DNA of 64,000 bases, taken from positions 162,180 through 226,179 of the forward strand of contig NZ_JACHHG010000002.1 in NCBI RefSeq assembly GCF_014202645.1, read 5' to 3'. The translations under genes were made by a program, and so were the position numbers. Position 1 is the first letter of the stretch. Each line of letters opens with the position of its first letter. The DNA comes from Deinobacterium chartae (GTDB taxonomy: Bacteria; Deinococcota; Deinococci; Deinococcales; Deinococcaceae). Below are positions 1 through 9,557 of this stretch, piece after piece. The notes under the pieces are model-generated. The model made no database searches and was not told the origin of the DNA. It saw only the letters and a program-made list of their open reading frames with translations.

Positions 1-92
1 AGACCGCGACGCCCCAGCTCACGGACCGCCTCGAGCGAGGGATTGACGGGCTCGCCGCCAAAAGGATCAAAACCGGTGACCAGAATCCGCAT
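1..92 (-). CDS. pcp: pyroglutamyl-peptidase I (pyrrolidone-carboxylate peptidase), N-terminal fragment; gene runs off the window start
   Basis: Minus-strand translation from the ATG at 92..90 gives [27 protein letters not shown], the canonical Pcp N-terminus. It lies downstream of pxpBCA on the same strand. Confidence 0.5.
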   Translation of the reverse strand, partial: MRILVTGFDPFGGEPVNPSLEAVRELGRRG

Positions 93-111
93 GCCTGACT
101 GTACCGCAGCT

Positions 112-849
112 TCAGGGGGCCCGCAGGACCACGCCCTGGTCCTCGAGGGCCGCGCGCAGGCCGCACAGGGCCCGGAGGGCCTCCTGACCGTCACCGTGAA
201 CGCATACGGTCTGGGCGTGCACCCGCAGCCACGGGCCCTGGACCGAACGGACCTGTCCGAAACGCAGCATGTCCTGTACCCGCGCAGCCGCCTCGAGCGG
301 AGATTCCACCAGCGCTCCGGGCTCGCCACGGGGTACCAGCGTGCCGTCGGCGCGGTAGCCCCGGTCGGCGAACACCTCGCTCACCGCGCGCAGGCCCCGT
401 TCGGCCGCCGCGTCCAGCAGGGCGCTGCCGGACAGACCGTAAAGCCGCAGGTCCGCGTCGAAATCCGCCACCGCCCGCGCGATGGCGCGGGCCACCTCGA
501 GGTCGCGGGCCGCACGGTTGTACAGCGCCCCGTGCGGCTTGACGTGTGCCAGTCGCCCACCGCGCGCCCGCACCATGCCTTCGAGAGCCCCGAGCTGGTA
601 CAGCACCAGCGCGTACACGTCCGGGGCGGGCAGGTTCAGTTCGCGTCGCCCGAACCCTTCCCGGTCCGGGTAGCCCGGATGCGCTCCGATCGCCACCCCC
701 GCTTCCAGCGCCAGCGCAACCGCGCGCTCCATCTCGCGCCAGCCGCCGGCGTGCAACCCGCAGGCGACGTTGACCGAGGTTGCCAGCGGAATCAGTTCGG
801 CATCAAATGGAAAGCCCTCGCCCAGATCGCAGTTCAGGTCCACCGTCAT
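112..849 (-). CDS. pxpA: 5-oxoprolinase subunit A (LamB/YcsF family)
   Basis: 245 aa ORF. N-terminus [16 protein letters not shown]...[10 protein letters not shown] is the LamB/YcsF signature. Confidence 0.85.
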   Translation of the reverse strand: MTVDLNCDLGEGFPFDAELIPLATSVNVACGLHAGGWREMERAVALALEAGVAIGAHPGYPDREGFGRRELNLPAPDVYALVLYQLGALEGMVRARGGRLAHVKPHGALYNRAARDLEVARAIARAVADFDADLRLYGLSGSALLDAAAERGLRAVSEVFADRGYRADGTLVPRGEPGALVESPLEAAARVQDMLRFGQVRSVQGPWLRVHAQTVCVHGDGQEALRALCGLRAALEDQGVVLRAP

Positions 850-876
850 GCCCTCAGGTTAGCGTTCCTGCCCGCC

Positions 877-1872
877 CTAGGCCCGCTCTGCGCGCCACTC
901 GCTCAGGGTGGCGCGCAGGCTTGACAGGCGCGCAGCGAGGCGCGCGCGGGCGGCGCGCGCCTCCTCGGGGGTGGTGCGTTCGAAGCGCACCAGGTGCCCG
1001 GGGGCCAGCTGTACCAGCAGCGGCAGGTCCACGCTGGCCACCACCGCGATGCGCGGATAGCCGCCCAGGGTCTGGGCCTCGACCGACAGCACCAGCGGCT
1101 GCCCGCCCGGCGGCACCTGCACCACCCCGGGCACCACCGCGCCCGAGAGCAGCTCGCGCGCCTCGCGGCGAATCAGCGAGGCTCCTTCGAGGCGCACGCC
1201 CACCCGGTCAGCCAGCCGGGTCACCTCGTAGGCGTCGCGCCAGAAGGCTTCACGGCTGTGCCGGGCGAACTCGGCCTCTTCCGGGCCGGGAACGGCGCGC
1301 AGCACCGGTGCGCGCGAGTAGCGCGGCAGCAGGTCCGGGTCGAGCGCCCAGGAGGTCGCGCGGCGTGCACGGCGCGCCAGCCACTTGGTCCAGCCCTGCG
1401 CCCAGTCCGAGGACTGCCCCACGGCCAGCACGTCCCCGGCCCGCAGGGCCCGGCCGCCCAGCCCGCCCAACCCGGCCCGCAGGTCCGTGGCGCGGCTCCC
1501 CAGGTCCAGCGGCAGGTCCAGCCCTCCGGCCACCGCCAGATAGGCGCGCACGCCGCTGCGCGGAGCGCCCAGCCGCAGGATCTCCCCGGCGCGCACCCGC
1601 ACCGGACGGTGCAGCGGCAACGGCAGCCCCTCGAGGTCGGCCGAGAGGTCCGCGCCGCTGAGCGCGACTAAGTGGTCCGCCTCAAAGCGCAGCGCGGTCC
1701 CGGTGGTCAGCTCGAGGGCCGCCGCACCCTCGGGGTTCCCGACCAGCAGGTTGGCGATCCGCAGCGCCCAGCGGTCGGCGGCGCCTGCGCGCGAGATGCC
1801 GCTGCGGGCGTAGCCCGGGCGTCCCAGGTCCTGCACCGCACTCGTCGGTCCGGCGCGCAGCACCTCGATCAC
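877..1872 (-). CDS. pxpC: 5-oxoprolinase subunit C / allophanate hydrolase subunit 2 family (biotin-dependent carboxyltransferase)
   Basis: 331 aa ORF with the MIEVLRAGPTSAVQDLGRPGY motif typical of KipA/PxpC. Operon with pxpA and pxpB. Confidence 0.8.
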   Translation of the reverse strand: MIEVLRAGPTSAVQDLGRPGYARSGISRAGAADRWALRIANLLVGNPEGAAALELTTGTALRFEADHLVALSGADLSADLEGLPLPLHRPVRVRAGEILRLGAPRSGVRAYLAVAGGLDLPLDLGSRATDLRAGLGGLGGRALRAGDVLAVGQSSDWAQGWTKWLARRARRATSWALDPDLLPRYSRAPVLRAVPGPEEAEFARHSREAFWRDAYEVTRLADRVGVRLEGASLIRREARELLSGAVVPGVVQVPPGGQPLVLSVEAQTLGGYPRIAVVASVDLPLLVQLAPGHLVRFERTTPEEARAARARLAARLSSLRATLSEWRAERA

Positions 1873-2534
1873 AGGCGCACCTCGAGCGGCACGAAGCGCA
1901 GGCGGTCCCCGGCGCGCAGCAGCGCAGGCGGGTCGCGGCGCGGATCGAACAGAACCTGATGGGTGCGACCGATCAGCTGCCAGCCGCCCGGCGTCTCGAG
2001 CGAGTACACCCCGGTCTGTTGTCCGGCCAGGCCCACCGATCCGGCCGGGACGTGCGGCCGGGGAACCGCGCGGCGCGGCACCTCGAGGCGCGGGTCCAGC
2101 CCGCCCAGATACGGAAAGCCGGGCGCAAAGCCGATCAGGTGCACGCGGTAGATCGGAGCGGTGTGGCGTTCTACCACCTCGTGCTCGCTCAGGCCGCAGT
2201 GTTCGGCCACAAAGGCCAGGTCCGGTCCATCCGGGCCGCCGTAGATCACCCCGATCTCGATCGGTTCGGGCTCCTCGAGCGGGGCCTCCTCGAGATCGTG
2301 CAGCAGCGCGCGCACCGTCTGTTCTACCGCCTGGGCATCGGCGCGCAGCGGGTCGAGCAGCACAGTCAGGGTCAGGTAGCCGGGCACGGCCTCGAGCATC
2401 CCGGGCGGCCGGTGCTCTTCGAGGTCATCGGCCAGGGCGCGCAGACGCCGGAACGTCGCCTCGCCGGGCACTCCGCCCAGGTCCACGACCAGCGCAGCCT
2501 CGCCCAGCGGGTAACAGCGCACAGGGGCGTTCAC
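1869..2534 (-). CDS. pxpB: 5-oxoprolinase subunit B / allophanate hydrolase subunit 1 (KipI family)
   Basis: 221 aa. Its stop overlaps the pxpC start by 4 bp. KipI-like sequence. Confidence 0.8.
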   Translation of the reverse strand: MNAPVRCYPLGEAALVVDLGGVPGEATFRRLRALADDLEEHRPPGMLEAVPGYLTLTVLLDPLRADAQAVEQTVRALLHDLEEAPLEEPEPIEIGVIYGGPDGPDLAFVAEHCGLSEHEVVERHTAPIYRVHLIGFAPGFPYLGGLDPRLEVPRRAVPRPHVPAGSVGLAGQQTGVYSLETPGGWQLIGRTHQVLFDPRRDPPALLRAGDRLRFVPLEVRL

Positions 2535-2544
2535 GAACGTTATC

Positions 2545-2826
2545 TTAGGCTTTCTCGAGGCGTGAGGCGGCAGCTTGGGGCGAGGCGGCCACCAGCGCCA
2601 GCTTGGCCGCGCGGGGCAGGCGTTTCAGTTCGGCTTCGCGCCGCAGCGCCTCCGGGCGCCCCGCACAGGCCTCGAGGTACACCAGTTCCAGCGGGCGCCG
2701 CGCGCGGGTGTAGCGCGCGCCCCGGCCAGCGTTGTGCTGGCGCAGGCGGCGCTCGGGGTGGTTGGTGGCCCCCGCGTACAGGCTGCCGTCAGCGCAGCGC
2801 AGCAGGTAAACGTACCACGGGCTCAC
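2545..2826 (-). CDS. GIY-YIG nuclease family protein (UPF0213/YhbQ-like)
   Basis: 93 aa. MSPWYVYLLRCADGSLYAGATNHPERRLRQHN is the GIY-YIG motif. Confidence 0.7.
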   Translation of the reverse strand: MSPWYVYLLRCADGSLYAGATNHPERRLRQHNAGRGARYTRARRPLELVYLEACAGRPEALRREAELKRLPRAAKLALVAASPQAAASRLEKA

Positions 2827-3239
2827 AGCTGCCAGAGACAGCGAAAGCGCTGCGCGTCCGGGTCGGTCGGGTCCAGGGGGGTCACCTCAAAACCCAGGGC
2901 ACGGTAAAACCCGGCCGTCTGGGCGTCGCTCTGGGCCTCGAGGACGGTCAGCCCGAAACGCAGCACGGCTCCTGCGATCAGCTCGCGTCCGATGCCGCGC
3001 CGACGCAGCGCCGGGTCCACCGCCAGGTGCACGACGGCCGCCCGTTCCGGCCCCAGCCGCCTCAGGCCGATGATGCCCTGCGGAACTTCGAGGGTCGGGT
3101 GCACCAGCAGGAGGTGATCGGATGTCCTGTACCGGGCCAGGGCAGCCTCGAGACCGAGCGCAGAGGCATCTTGCAGCGCATGGGCCAGCAAGGCGGTCAG
3201 GGCTGGGGAAAGAGAAGGGTCAGGCGTGATCTGCTGCAT
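2823..3239 (-). CDS. GNAT family N-acetyltransferase
   Basis: Acetyl-CoA binding motif RRRGIGRELIAGAV. I moved the start to an internal ATG (MQQITPD...) because the six-frame ORF (to 3482) would overlap cysK by about 200 bp. Confidence 0.6.
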   Translation of the reverse strand: MQQITPDPSLSPALTALLAHALQDASALGLEAALARYRTSDHLLLVHPTLEVPQGIIGLRRLGPERAAVVHLAVDPALRRRGIGRELIAGAVLRFGLTVLEAQSDAQTAGFYRALGFEVTPLDPTDPDAQRFRCLWQL

Positions 3240-3273
3240 GGTGGCCTCCGGCTCGGAGCATAGAATAACGCTT

Positions 3274-4227
<954 letters not shown>

Positions 4228-4406
4228 TTTTTTTCATGCGCGCGATCCGGACGCGGCGCGCCCCGGGGCATGGGCAAGAGGGCCTGTGGTCAGTCGCTCG
4301 GTGCCAACTCCGGCGGTGCAGGTCCGATCCAGGCTTATGTTTTTACTGTCCGGGTAAAATTTACCCGCTATTGTCCGGGTAAAGCAGGCCATCCGGCGGA
4401 ACTTCA

Positions 4407-4443
4407 CGTCGAGAGGTCGCCCCACCGAGGCGACCTCTCGACG
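4407..4443. terminator. bidirectional hairpin terminator between convergent cysK and the dsbA-like gene
   Basis: Perfect 14-bp stem CGTCGAGAGGTCGC/GCGACCTCTCGACG with a 9-nt loop. Confidence 0.5.
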
Positions 4444-4452
4444 TGGGGCAGC

Positions 4453-5382
4453 TTACTTGGTCGCGTGGATAAAGCGGATCAGGTGCAGGTACGCTTCGGG
4501 ATTATGAGGGTCGTAAACCCGGTAGGGCCCCACAAAGGTGGTGGGCGTCCCGCGCACCCCGACCCGCTCAGCCAGCGCATTGTCTGCGTCCACCCTCTTT
4601 CGCACCGCCGGGTCTTTCAGACACTTCGTAAATTTGGGGGCGTCCAACTTGAGGCGGCGGGCGAGTTCGATCGGAGCGACCCGGGCATCGGTCTCAAACG
4701 CCAGATCGTGAAAAGGGTAGAACTTGCCCTGTTGCGCGGCACACTCGCTGCCCAGTGCCAAAGGCATGGCCTGCGGGTGAATCCGGGTCAACGGCACCTG
4801 CAGGTAGCTGAAGCGAGCCTGCCCCTGCTGCACCGCACGCTTGATGGTCGGCATAACCTCTCGGTAGAGCTGCGCGCAGTAGGGGCACTCGAAATCACTG
4901 AACTCGCGGATAATCGGCCCGCTGCGGCCCAGCACGTGGCGGTCGTACGCATCATCGAAAGTGTACTTGCGCATCTCGAGGGCGAAACGCAGCCTGTCTC
5001 CCCAGTCCACCGTGAGATTCACATCGTCTGCGAAGTCGACCTGCTGCGGTCCCCGGCCATGCAACACCTGCCGGTTCAAGGACATCCACTTGACGAGATC
5101 GTTCACCGTATCGAAGTAGCCGCTGGCATACGCAATCCCCCGCGCAGCGGCATTGATATCGTCCGGCTTGCCCGCGTAGGTCACGCGGGTCACCAGCCCA
5201 CCGCGCACCTCGAGGTTTAAAACCGCAGAGCCAAACAGAGAACTGTGGAATCTCAGGGTGTTCCCTTTCAGCTTGCCACCGAGGACGTTGGCCAGTTCTT
5301 CCGGGGGGTAGGTCAGCTGGGCAGAGGCGGCAGACAGTCCCAGCAGGGCCAGCAGGATCAGTGCCATACGGTTAAACACCAC
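4453..5382 (-). CDS. DsbA-family thiol:disulfide oxidoreductase, secreted
   Basis: Signal peptide MALILLALLGLSAASA, thioredoxin CPYC active site, DSBA-like fold. Confidence 0.75.
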   Translation of the reverse strand: MVFNRMALILLALLGLSAASAQLTYPPEELANVLGGKLKGNTLRFHSSLFGSAVLNLEVRGGLVTRVTYAGKPDDINAAARGIAYASGYFDTVNDLVKWMSLNRQVLHGRGPQQVDFADDVNLTVDWGDRLRFALEMRKYTFDDAYDRHVLGRSGPIIREFSDFECPYCAQLYREVMPTIKRAVQQGQARFSYLQVPLTRIHPQAMPLALGSECAAQQGKFYPFHDLAFETDARVAPIELARRLKLDAPKFTKCLKDPAVRKRVDADNALAERVGVRGTPTTFVGPYRVYDPHNPEAYLHLIRFIHATK

Positions 5383-5534
5383 AACTTCCTTTCACGACCC
5401 TGCACACGTACAGAGTCTGCGCTCGGCCACACTTGTGTGCAACCGTGCCTGAGCCGAGCGTTCGTTCAAGCCAAACCCTCATGCCCTGCTCATTTTATGA
5501 CTCCTGTGGCAATGCGCTTGGTCAAATGACCGGC

Positions 5535-6152
5535 TCAATCGAAATCCGTGCCCCACTCCGGGTGCTGCCGCAGCTCGAACAGCCGCCGCAGCTGGGCTTC
5601 CGTGACCCGGCTCTCGGAGAGCGCAGGCAGCTCCTCGAGGCCAAAAAACCCCACCCCGTCGGTCTCGGTGCTCTCCCGAGGAGCACCGCCCTCGAGGTCG
5701 CAGGCCAGCACGATCTTGTACACCGCCCAGAAGTCCGGCGGGTGGCCGTGCCGCGCCGCAGCCTTGTCCCACACCGCCAGTACCCGGCGCGGCCGCACCA
5801 CGTACCCGGTCTCCTCGAGGGTCTCGCGGGCGGCCATCTCGCCCGGCGTCGCGTCGGCATCGGCCCAGCCGCCCGGCAGCGACCAGCGCCCGTCCAGGCG
5901 CTCCCGGGTCAGCAGGATGCGGTCTTGCTGCCAGACCGCCGCGCGCACGTCCACCTTGGGCGTGGGATACCCCTGCTCGAGGCGCAACACCTCGAGCAGG
6001 CGCGCGGCAGGCTGCTCGAGGTGCTGCTCGAGCAGTTCGGCCGCCAGGGCCTGCAGTTCGCGGTAACGCTCGAGGTCATAAGGATCACGGGCATACGCCA
6101 GCCCGGTCTGGGCGATGGCAGCGATGCGGCGGGCACGCTCGAAAGCAGGCAT
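5535..6152 (-). CDS. NUDIX hydrolase (ADP-ribose pyrophosphatase-like with an N-terminal helical domain)
   Basis: Nudix box GGxxExGExxxxAAxRExxEETG present (GEMAARETLEETG). Confidence 0.75.
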   Translation of the reverse strand: MPAFERARRIAAIAQTGLAYARDPYDLERYRELQALAAELLEQHLEQPAARLLEVLRLEQGYPTPKVDVRAAVWQQDRILLTRERLDGRWSLPGGWADADATPGEMAARETLEETGYVVRPRRVLAVWDKAAARHGHPPDFWAVYKIVLACDLEGGAPRESTETDGVGFFGLEELPALSESRVTEAQLRRLFELRQHPEWGTDFD

Positions 6153-6195
6153 GGTGCGAGCCTAACACGCGAGCGCCGAGGTAGACTGAACCGTT

Positions 6196-6921
6196 ATGAG
6201 CACCCCGCTGTCCCTTCCCCTGCCCTCCCCTGCCACCGGCATCATCGGTGCCATGGACCAGGAAATCGAACTGCTGCTCCAGAGCCTCGAAGCCCGCGAA
6301 GACGTGCATCTGAGCGGCATGACCTTCTACCGCGGCGTCCTCGAGGGCCGTCCGGTGGTCCTGACCCGCTGCGGCATCGGCAAGGTCAACGCGGCCATGA
6401 CCACACTGGCCCTGATCTGGCTGGGCGCGGACCGCATCATTTTCACCGGCGTGGCCGGAGGCGTGCGCCCGGGCCTCAGGGTAGGCGACATCGTGGTCTC
6501 GACCGACCTGGTACAGCACGACCTGGACGCCTCGGCCCTCGGTTACGCGCTGGGCCAGGTGCCCGACGAGGCCGAATTCTCCTGGGAGGCCGACGCCGCC
6601 CTGCGCGACCTGGCCCTCGAGGTGGCCTCGCAGGTGACGGACGTGCAGGCGGTGGCCGGACGCATCGTCTCGGGCGACCAGTTCATCGCCAGTCCCGAGA
6701 AGGTCCGCTGGCTGCAACAGACCTTTGATGCCGCCGCTGCCGAGATGGAGGGTGCGGCCGTAGCACAGGTGGCCTACAAGAACCGCGTTCCGTTCGTGGT
6801 GATCCGCTCGCTGTCCGACACGGCCGACGGCGGAGCGCACATGGACTACCCGACCTTCATGCCGATCGCGGCGGCCCGGGCCAAGACGGTGGTGCGGGAA
6901 ATGCTGCGGCGCCTGCGCTAA
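6196..6921 (+). CDS. mtnN: 5'-methylthioadenosine/S-adenosylhomocysteine nucleosidase
   Basis: IGAMDQEIELL...CGIGKVNAAMTT motifs of MTA/SAH nucleosidase. Confidence 0.8.
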   Translation: MSTPLSLPLPSPATGIIGAMDQEIELLLQSLEAREDVHLSGMTFYRGVLEGRPVVLTRCGIGKVNAAMTTLALIWLGADRIIFTGVAGGVRPGLRVGDIVVSTDLVQHDLDASALGYALGQVPDEAEFSWEADAALRDLALEVASQVTDVQAVAGRIVSGDQFIASPEKVRWLQQTFDAAAAEMEGAAVAQVAYKNRVPFVVIRSLSDTADGGAHMDYPTFMPIAAARAKTVVREMLRRLR

Positions 6922-6968
6922 AGCGCCTGCCGTCACCTTCCCTGCCCGTTCCCGAGGTCCGTTTCCCC

Positions 6969-7307
6969 ATGCCTTTTCTGCTCGGCCTGTTCGTGCTGTT
7001 CGCCTTCTTGCTCCTGGGTGAGGGGGTGCAGCGTGCGCTGCACCTGCCGGTCCCCGGTTCGGTGGTGGGCATGGTCTTGCTGTGGGCCGCGCTGGAACTG
7101 CGCCTGGTCCGCCTCGAGTGGGTAGAAGGGGCCGCGCGCTCGCTGCAGGCGATCTTGGGGTTGCTGTTCGTTCCGGCCGGAGCGGGGCTGGTCGCGCACC
7201 TGGGGGCCGGCTGGACCTGGGCGGCCACGCTGGCCGTGATGGCCGTGGCCTTGCTGGCCACCCTGGCCGTCACCGGCTGGACCCTCGAGCGGGGCACGCA
7301 GCGATGA
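6969..7307 (+). CDS. lrgA: CidA/LrgA family holin-like protein
   Basis: 112 aa with 4 TM segments. LrgA-like. Overlaps the next gene by 4 bp. Confidence 0.7.
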   Translation: MPFLLGLFVLFAFLLLGEGVQRALHLPVPGSVVGMVLLWAALELRLVRLEWVEGAARSLQAILGLLFVPAGAGLVAHLGAGWTWAATLAVMAVALLATLAVTGWTLERGTQR

Positions 7308-7975
7308 GCCTGCTGTCGCTGGCCGTCACGCTCGGCGGCTTCCTGCTGGGCGTCGCCCTCAACCGCCGTCTGCGCCTCCGGCTGCTGAACCCCACCCTGA
7401 TCGGCATCGCGGTGGTGATGCTGTACCTCGAGCTGACCAGGCGGCCCTACGTGGCCTACGCCGAGGACACCCGGCCCATCAGCCTGCTGCTGGGTCCGGC
7501 GGTCGTGTCGCTGGCGGTGCCGCTGTACCGCCAGCGGGCGCTGCTGCGCCGTCACGCGCCGTGGGTCCTGCTGGGCGTGGCCTGCGGGACCGTCACGGCC
7601 ATGGGGATCGGGATTGCCGGGGCTGCGCTGCTGCGGCTCGCTCCCGAGTGGCGGCTGGCCCTGGCGACCGAAAGTGCCACCTCGCCCATTGCGCTGGCGG
7701 TGGCCGAACAGCTCGGTGGCTCGGGCGGCCTCTCCGCGGTGATCGCCATCTTGACCGGGGTGCTGGGCAGCATCATCGGCCCCGGCTGGCTCACGCGTCT
7801 GGGGGTGCGTCACCCGCTGGCACGCGGTCTCGCGATGGGTACGGCCAGTCACGGCATCGGGACCGCGCGCATCCTCGAGGAGGGGGAGGTGGCCGGAGCG
7901 GCGGCGGGCCTGGGCATGGGGCTGGGCGGCTTGGCCGTGGCGCTGACCGTACCCGCGCTATGGCATCTGCTCTGA
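7304..7975 (+). CDS. lrgB: LrgB family protein
   Basis: MSLLSLAVTLGGFLLG..., polytopic membrane protein of LrgB type, immediately after lrgA. Confidence 0.7.
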   Translation: MSLLSLAVTLGGFLLGVALNRRLRLRLLNPTLIGIAVVMLYLELTRRPYVAYAEDTRPISLLLGPAVVSLAVPLYRQRALLRRHAPWVLLGVACGTVTAMGIGIAGAALLRLAPEWRLALATESATSPIALAVAEQLGGSGGLSAVIAILTGVLGSIIGPGWLTRLGVRHPLARGLAMGTASHGIGTARILEEGEVAGAAAGLGMGLGGLAVALTVPALWHLL

Positions 7976-8053
7976 GCAACCGTCGGCGCGTGAGCGCAAA
8001 TCCATGCGGCCCGATCCGGTTTTCACCGGCAGCAGCGGTCTACACTGGGCAGC

Positions 8054-8545
8054 ATGACCCCGCGTGACGTTGCCACCCTCACCCTCGACGAACTGATGAC
8101 CCACGACCTGCCCGAGGGGCACCTGGCCGCCGAGATCTTCGGTGCCCTCGAGATGGCCGCCCAGGCCCGCGCCGCGGCGGCCCGCAACCCCAACGCCCAG
8201 ACCGCCTACAGCGGTGCCATGACCGCCTTGATCATGATCAGCGCGGTCGCGCTGCGCCAGACCCGCGAGGACCACCCGCAACTGAAACCGCTGCGCTTCA
8301 AGACCCTCAAACAGATCGCCCAGGACCAGCTCAACGCCGCGCCTCCCCGGCTGGCCCTCGAGGTCCTCGAGGCGGCCCTGATCGCCCGGGCTCACCTGGG
8401 TGGGGCCCCCAAAAACTTTGACCCGGACGTTCCCGGCTACCTGCGCCAGGAACACGATCCCAAGCCGTGGCTGCGCCTGATCGCGCTGGCCTACGCCAGC
8501 GGGGTCGCCCACCGCGAGGGGCCCTGGCACATCATGCTGCCCTGA
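8054..8545 (+). CDS. hypothetical protein
   Basis: 163 aa ORF. TACACT -10-like box 7 nt upstream of the ATG. No recognisable domain. Confidence 0.5.
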   Translation: MTPRDVATLTLDELMTHDLPEGHLAAEIFGALEMAAQARAAAARNPNAQTAYSGAMTALIMISAVALRQTREDHPQLKPLRFKTLKQIAQDQLNAAPPRLALEVLEAALIARAHLGGAPKNFDPDVPGYLRQEHDPKPWLRLIALAYASGVAHREGPWHIMLP

Positions 8546-8633
8546 GCTCCTGGCAGGGGACATGCGCCCGAACCGCGCTGACCGGCCGGATACCGTACCG
8601 GCCTACGCTGCACGGCGTCCAGGAGGACACCGC

Positions 8634-9557
8634 ATGGTTCATGCACGGATTCAGATCGAGGTAGAGCATTTCGACGTGTTCTGGGAGGGCTTCCGTACCC
8701 GAGGCTTCCCGCTGCGGCAGCAGCACGGATCTCAGGGCTCGCAGGTGCTGCGGGACCGCGAGGACATGCAGGCCTTTTTTGCCGACCCCAACGTTCCGGC
8801 CTCGATGCGCAAAGGCGGCAGGCTGCGTACGCTCCAGGTGACTTTCCTCGAGGAAGCCGGCAGCCTCGAAGCCTGGGTTTCTTCCGAGCGGGCGGGCGGC
8901 CTGTGCCGCCCGCCCGCTCGTCTGCCCGTTCACGCTCAGCAGCGGAAGGCGAAGCGCATCTCGGTGCCGCGCCCCGGCTCCGAGTCCACCTCGAGGCTGC
9001 CTCCGGCCAGTTCCACCCGTTCGCGCAGGCCCAGCAGGCCCAGGTGGCCCCGCGAGGCGAGGGCGGTGAGGTTCTCGGGCACGAAGCCGATGCCGTCGTC
9101 GCTGACGTGCACCTGCACCTCGTCCTCGAGGAAGCGCACCCGGATGGCAGCCACGTTCGCCTGCGCGTGCTTGTCGATGTTGGTCAGCGCCTCTTGCACC
9201 ACCCGGAACAGCGTGAGCTCGATGTCACCGCTGAGGCGCCGCTCGGCGCCCGAGACCTCGAGGCGGGTGGGCGTGAGGGCCTTGGAGGCCAGCCACTCGA
9301 GGGCGGGCAGCAGGCCCAGGTCATCGAGGACCGAGGGGCGCAGGTTGCGCGAGAAGCGGCGCACCGACTCGATGGCAGCTCCCAGGTCCTCACGGATGTC
9401 CTCGGCGCGCTGCTTGAGGCGCGGGTCTTCGAGTTCGCAGGAGAGGCGGTCCAGGCGGCGGGTGATGGCGACCAGCACCTGCGCGGTGTCGTCGTGCAGC
9501 TCACGTGCGATGCGCTTGCGCTCCTCCTCCTGTGCCTGGGTAAAGAGCGACAGGTAG
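8634..9557 (+). CDS. ABM (antibiotic biosynthesis monooxygenase/Dabb)-like small protein; C-terminus uncertain
   Basis: AGGAGGA SD 7 nt before ATG 8634. The first ~95 aa (MVHARIQIEVEHFDVFWEGF...LQVTFLEEAGSLEA) look like an ABM fold. There is no in-frame stop until 9557, so the ORF reads through the 8886..8919 hairpin and is antisense to the kinase gene. The functional end is probably near 8900. Confidence 0.3.
   Translation: MVHARIQIEVEHFDVFWEGFRTRGFPLRQQHGSQGSQVLRDREDMQAFFADPNVPASMRKGGRLRTLQVTFLEEAGSLEAWVSSERAGGLCRPPARLPVHAQQRKAKRISVPRPGSESTSRLPPASSTRSRRPSRPRWPREARAVRFSGTKPMPSSLTCTCTSSSRKRTRMAATFACACLSMLVSASCTTRNSVSSMSPLRRRSAPETSRRVGVRALEASHSRAGSRPRSSRTEGRRLREKRRTDSMAAPRSSRMSSARCLRRGSSSSQERRSRRRVMATSTCAVSSCSSRAMRLRSSSCAWVKSDR
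8886..8919. terminator. bidirectional hairpin terminator (perfect 15-bp stem, 4-nt loop)
   Basis: GAGCGGGCGGGCGGC ctgt GCCGCCCGCCCGCTC, between the ABM-like ORF (+) and the sensor kinase (-, stop at 8936). Confidence 0.5.

Noticed and set aside
43-1661. Long plus-strand ORFs (43..924, 780..1661, 994..1671) overlapping pxpA and pxpC
   Set aside because: They lie antisense to well-supported genes, are Arg/Pro/Ala-rich and low-complexity, and have no SD. These are typical spurious ORFs of a 68% GC genome.
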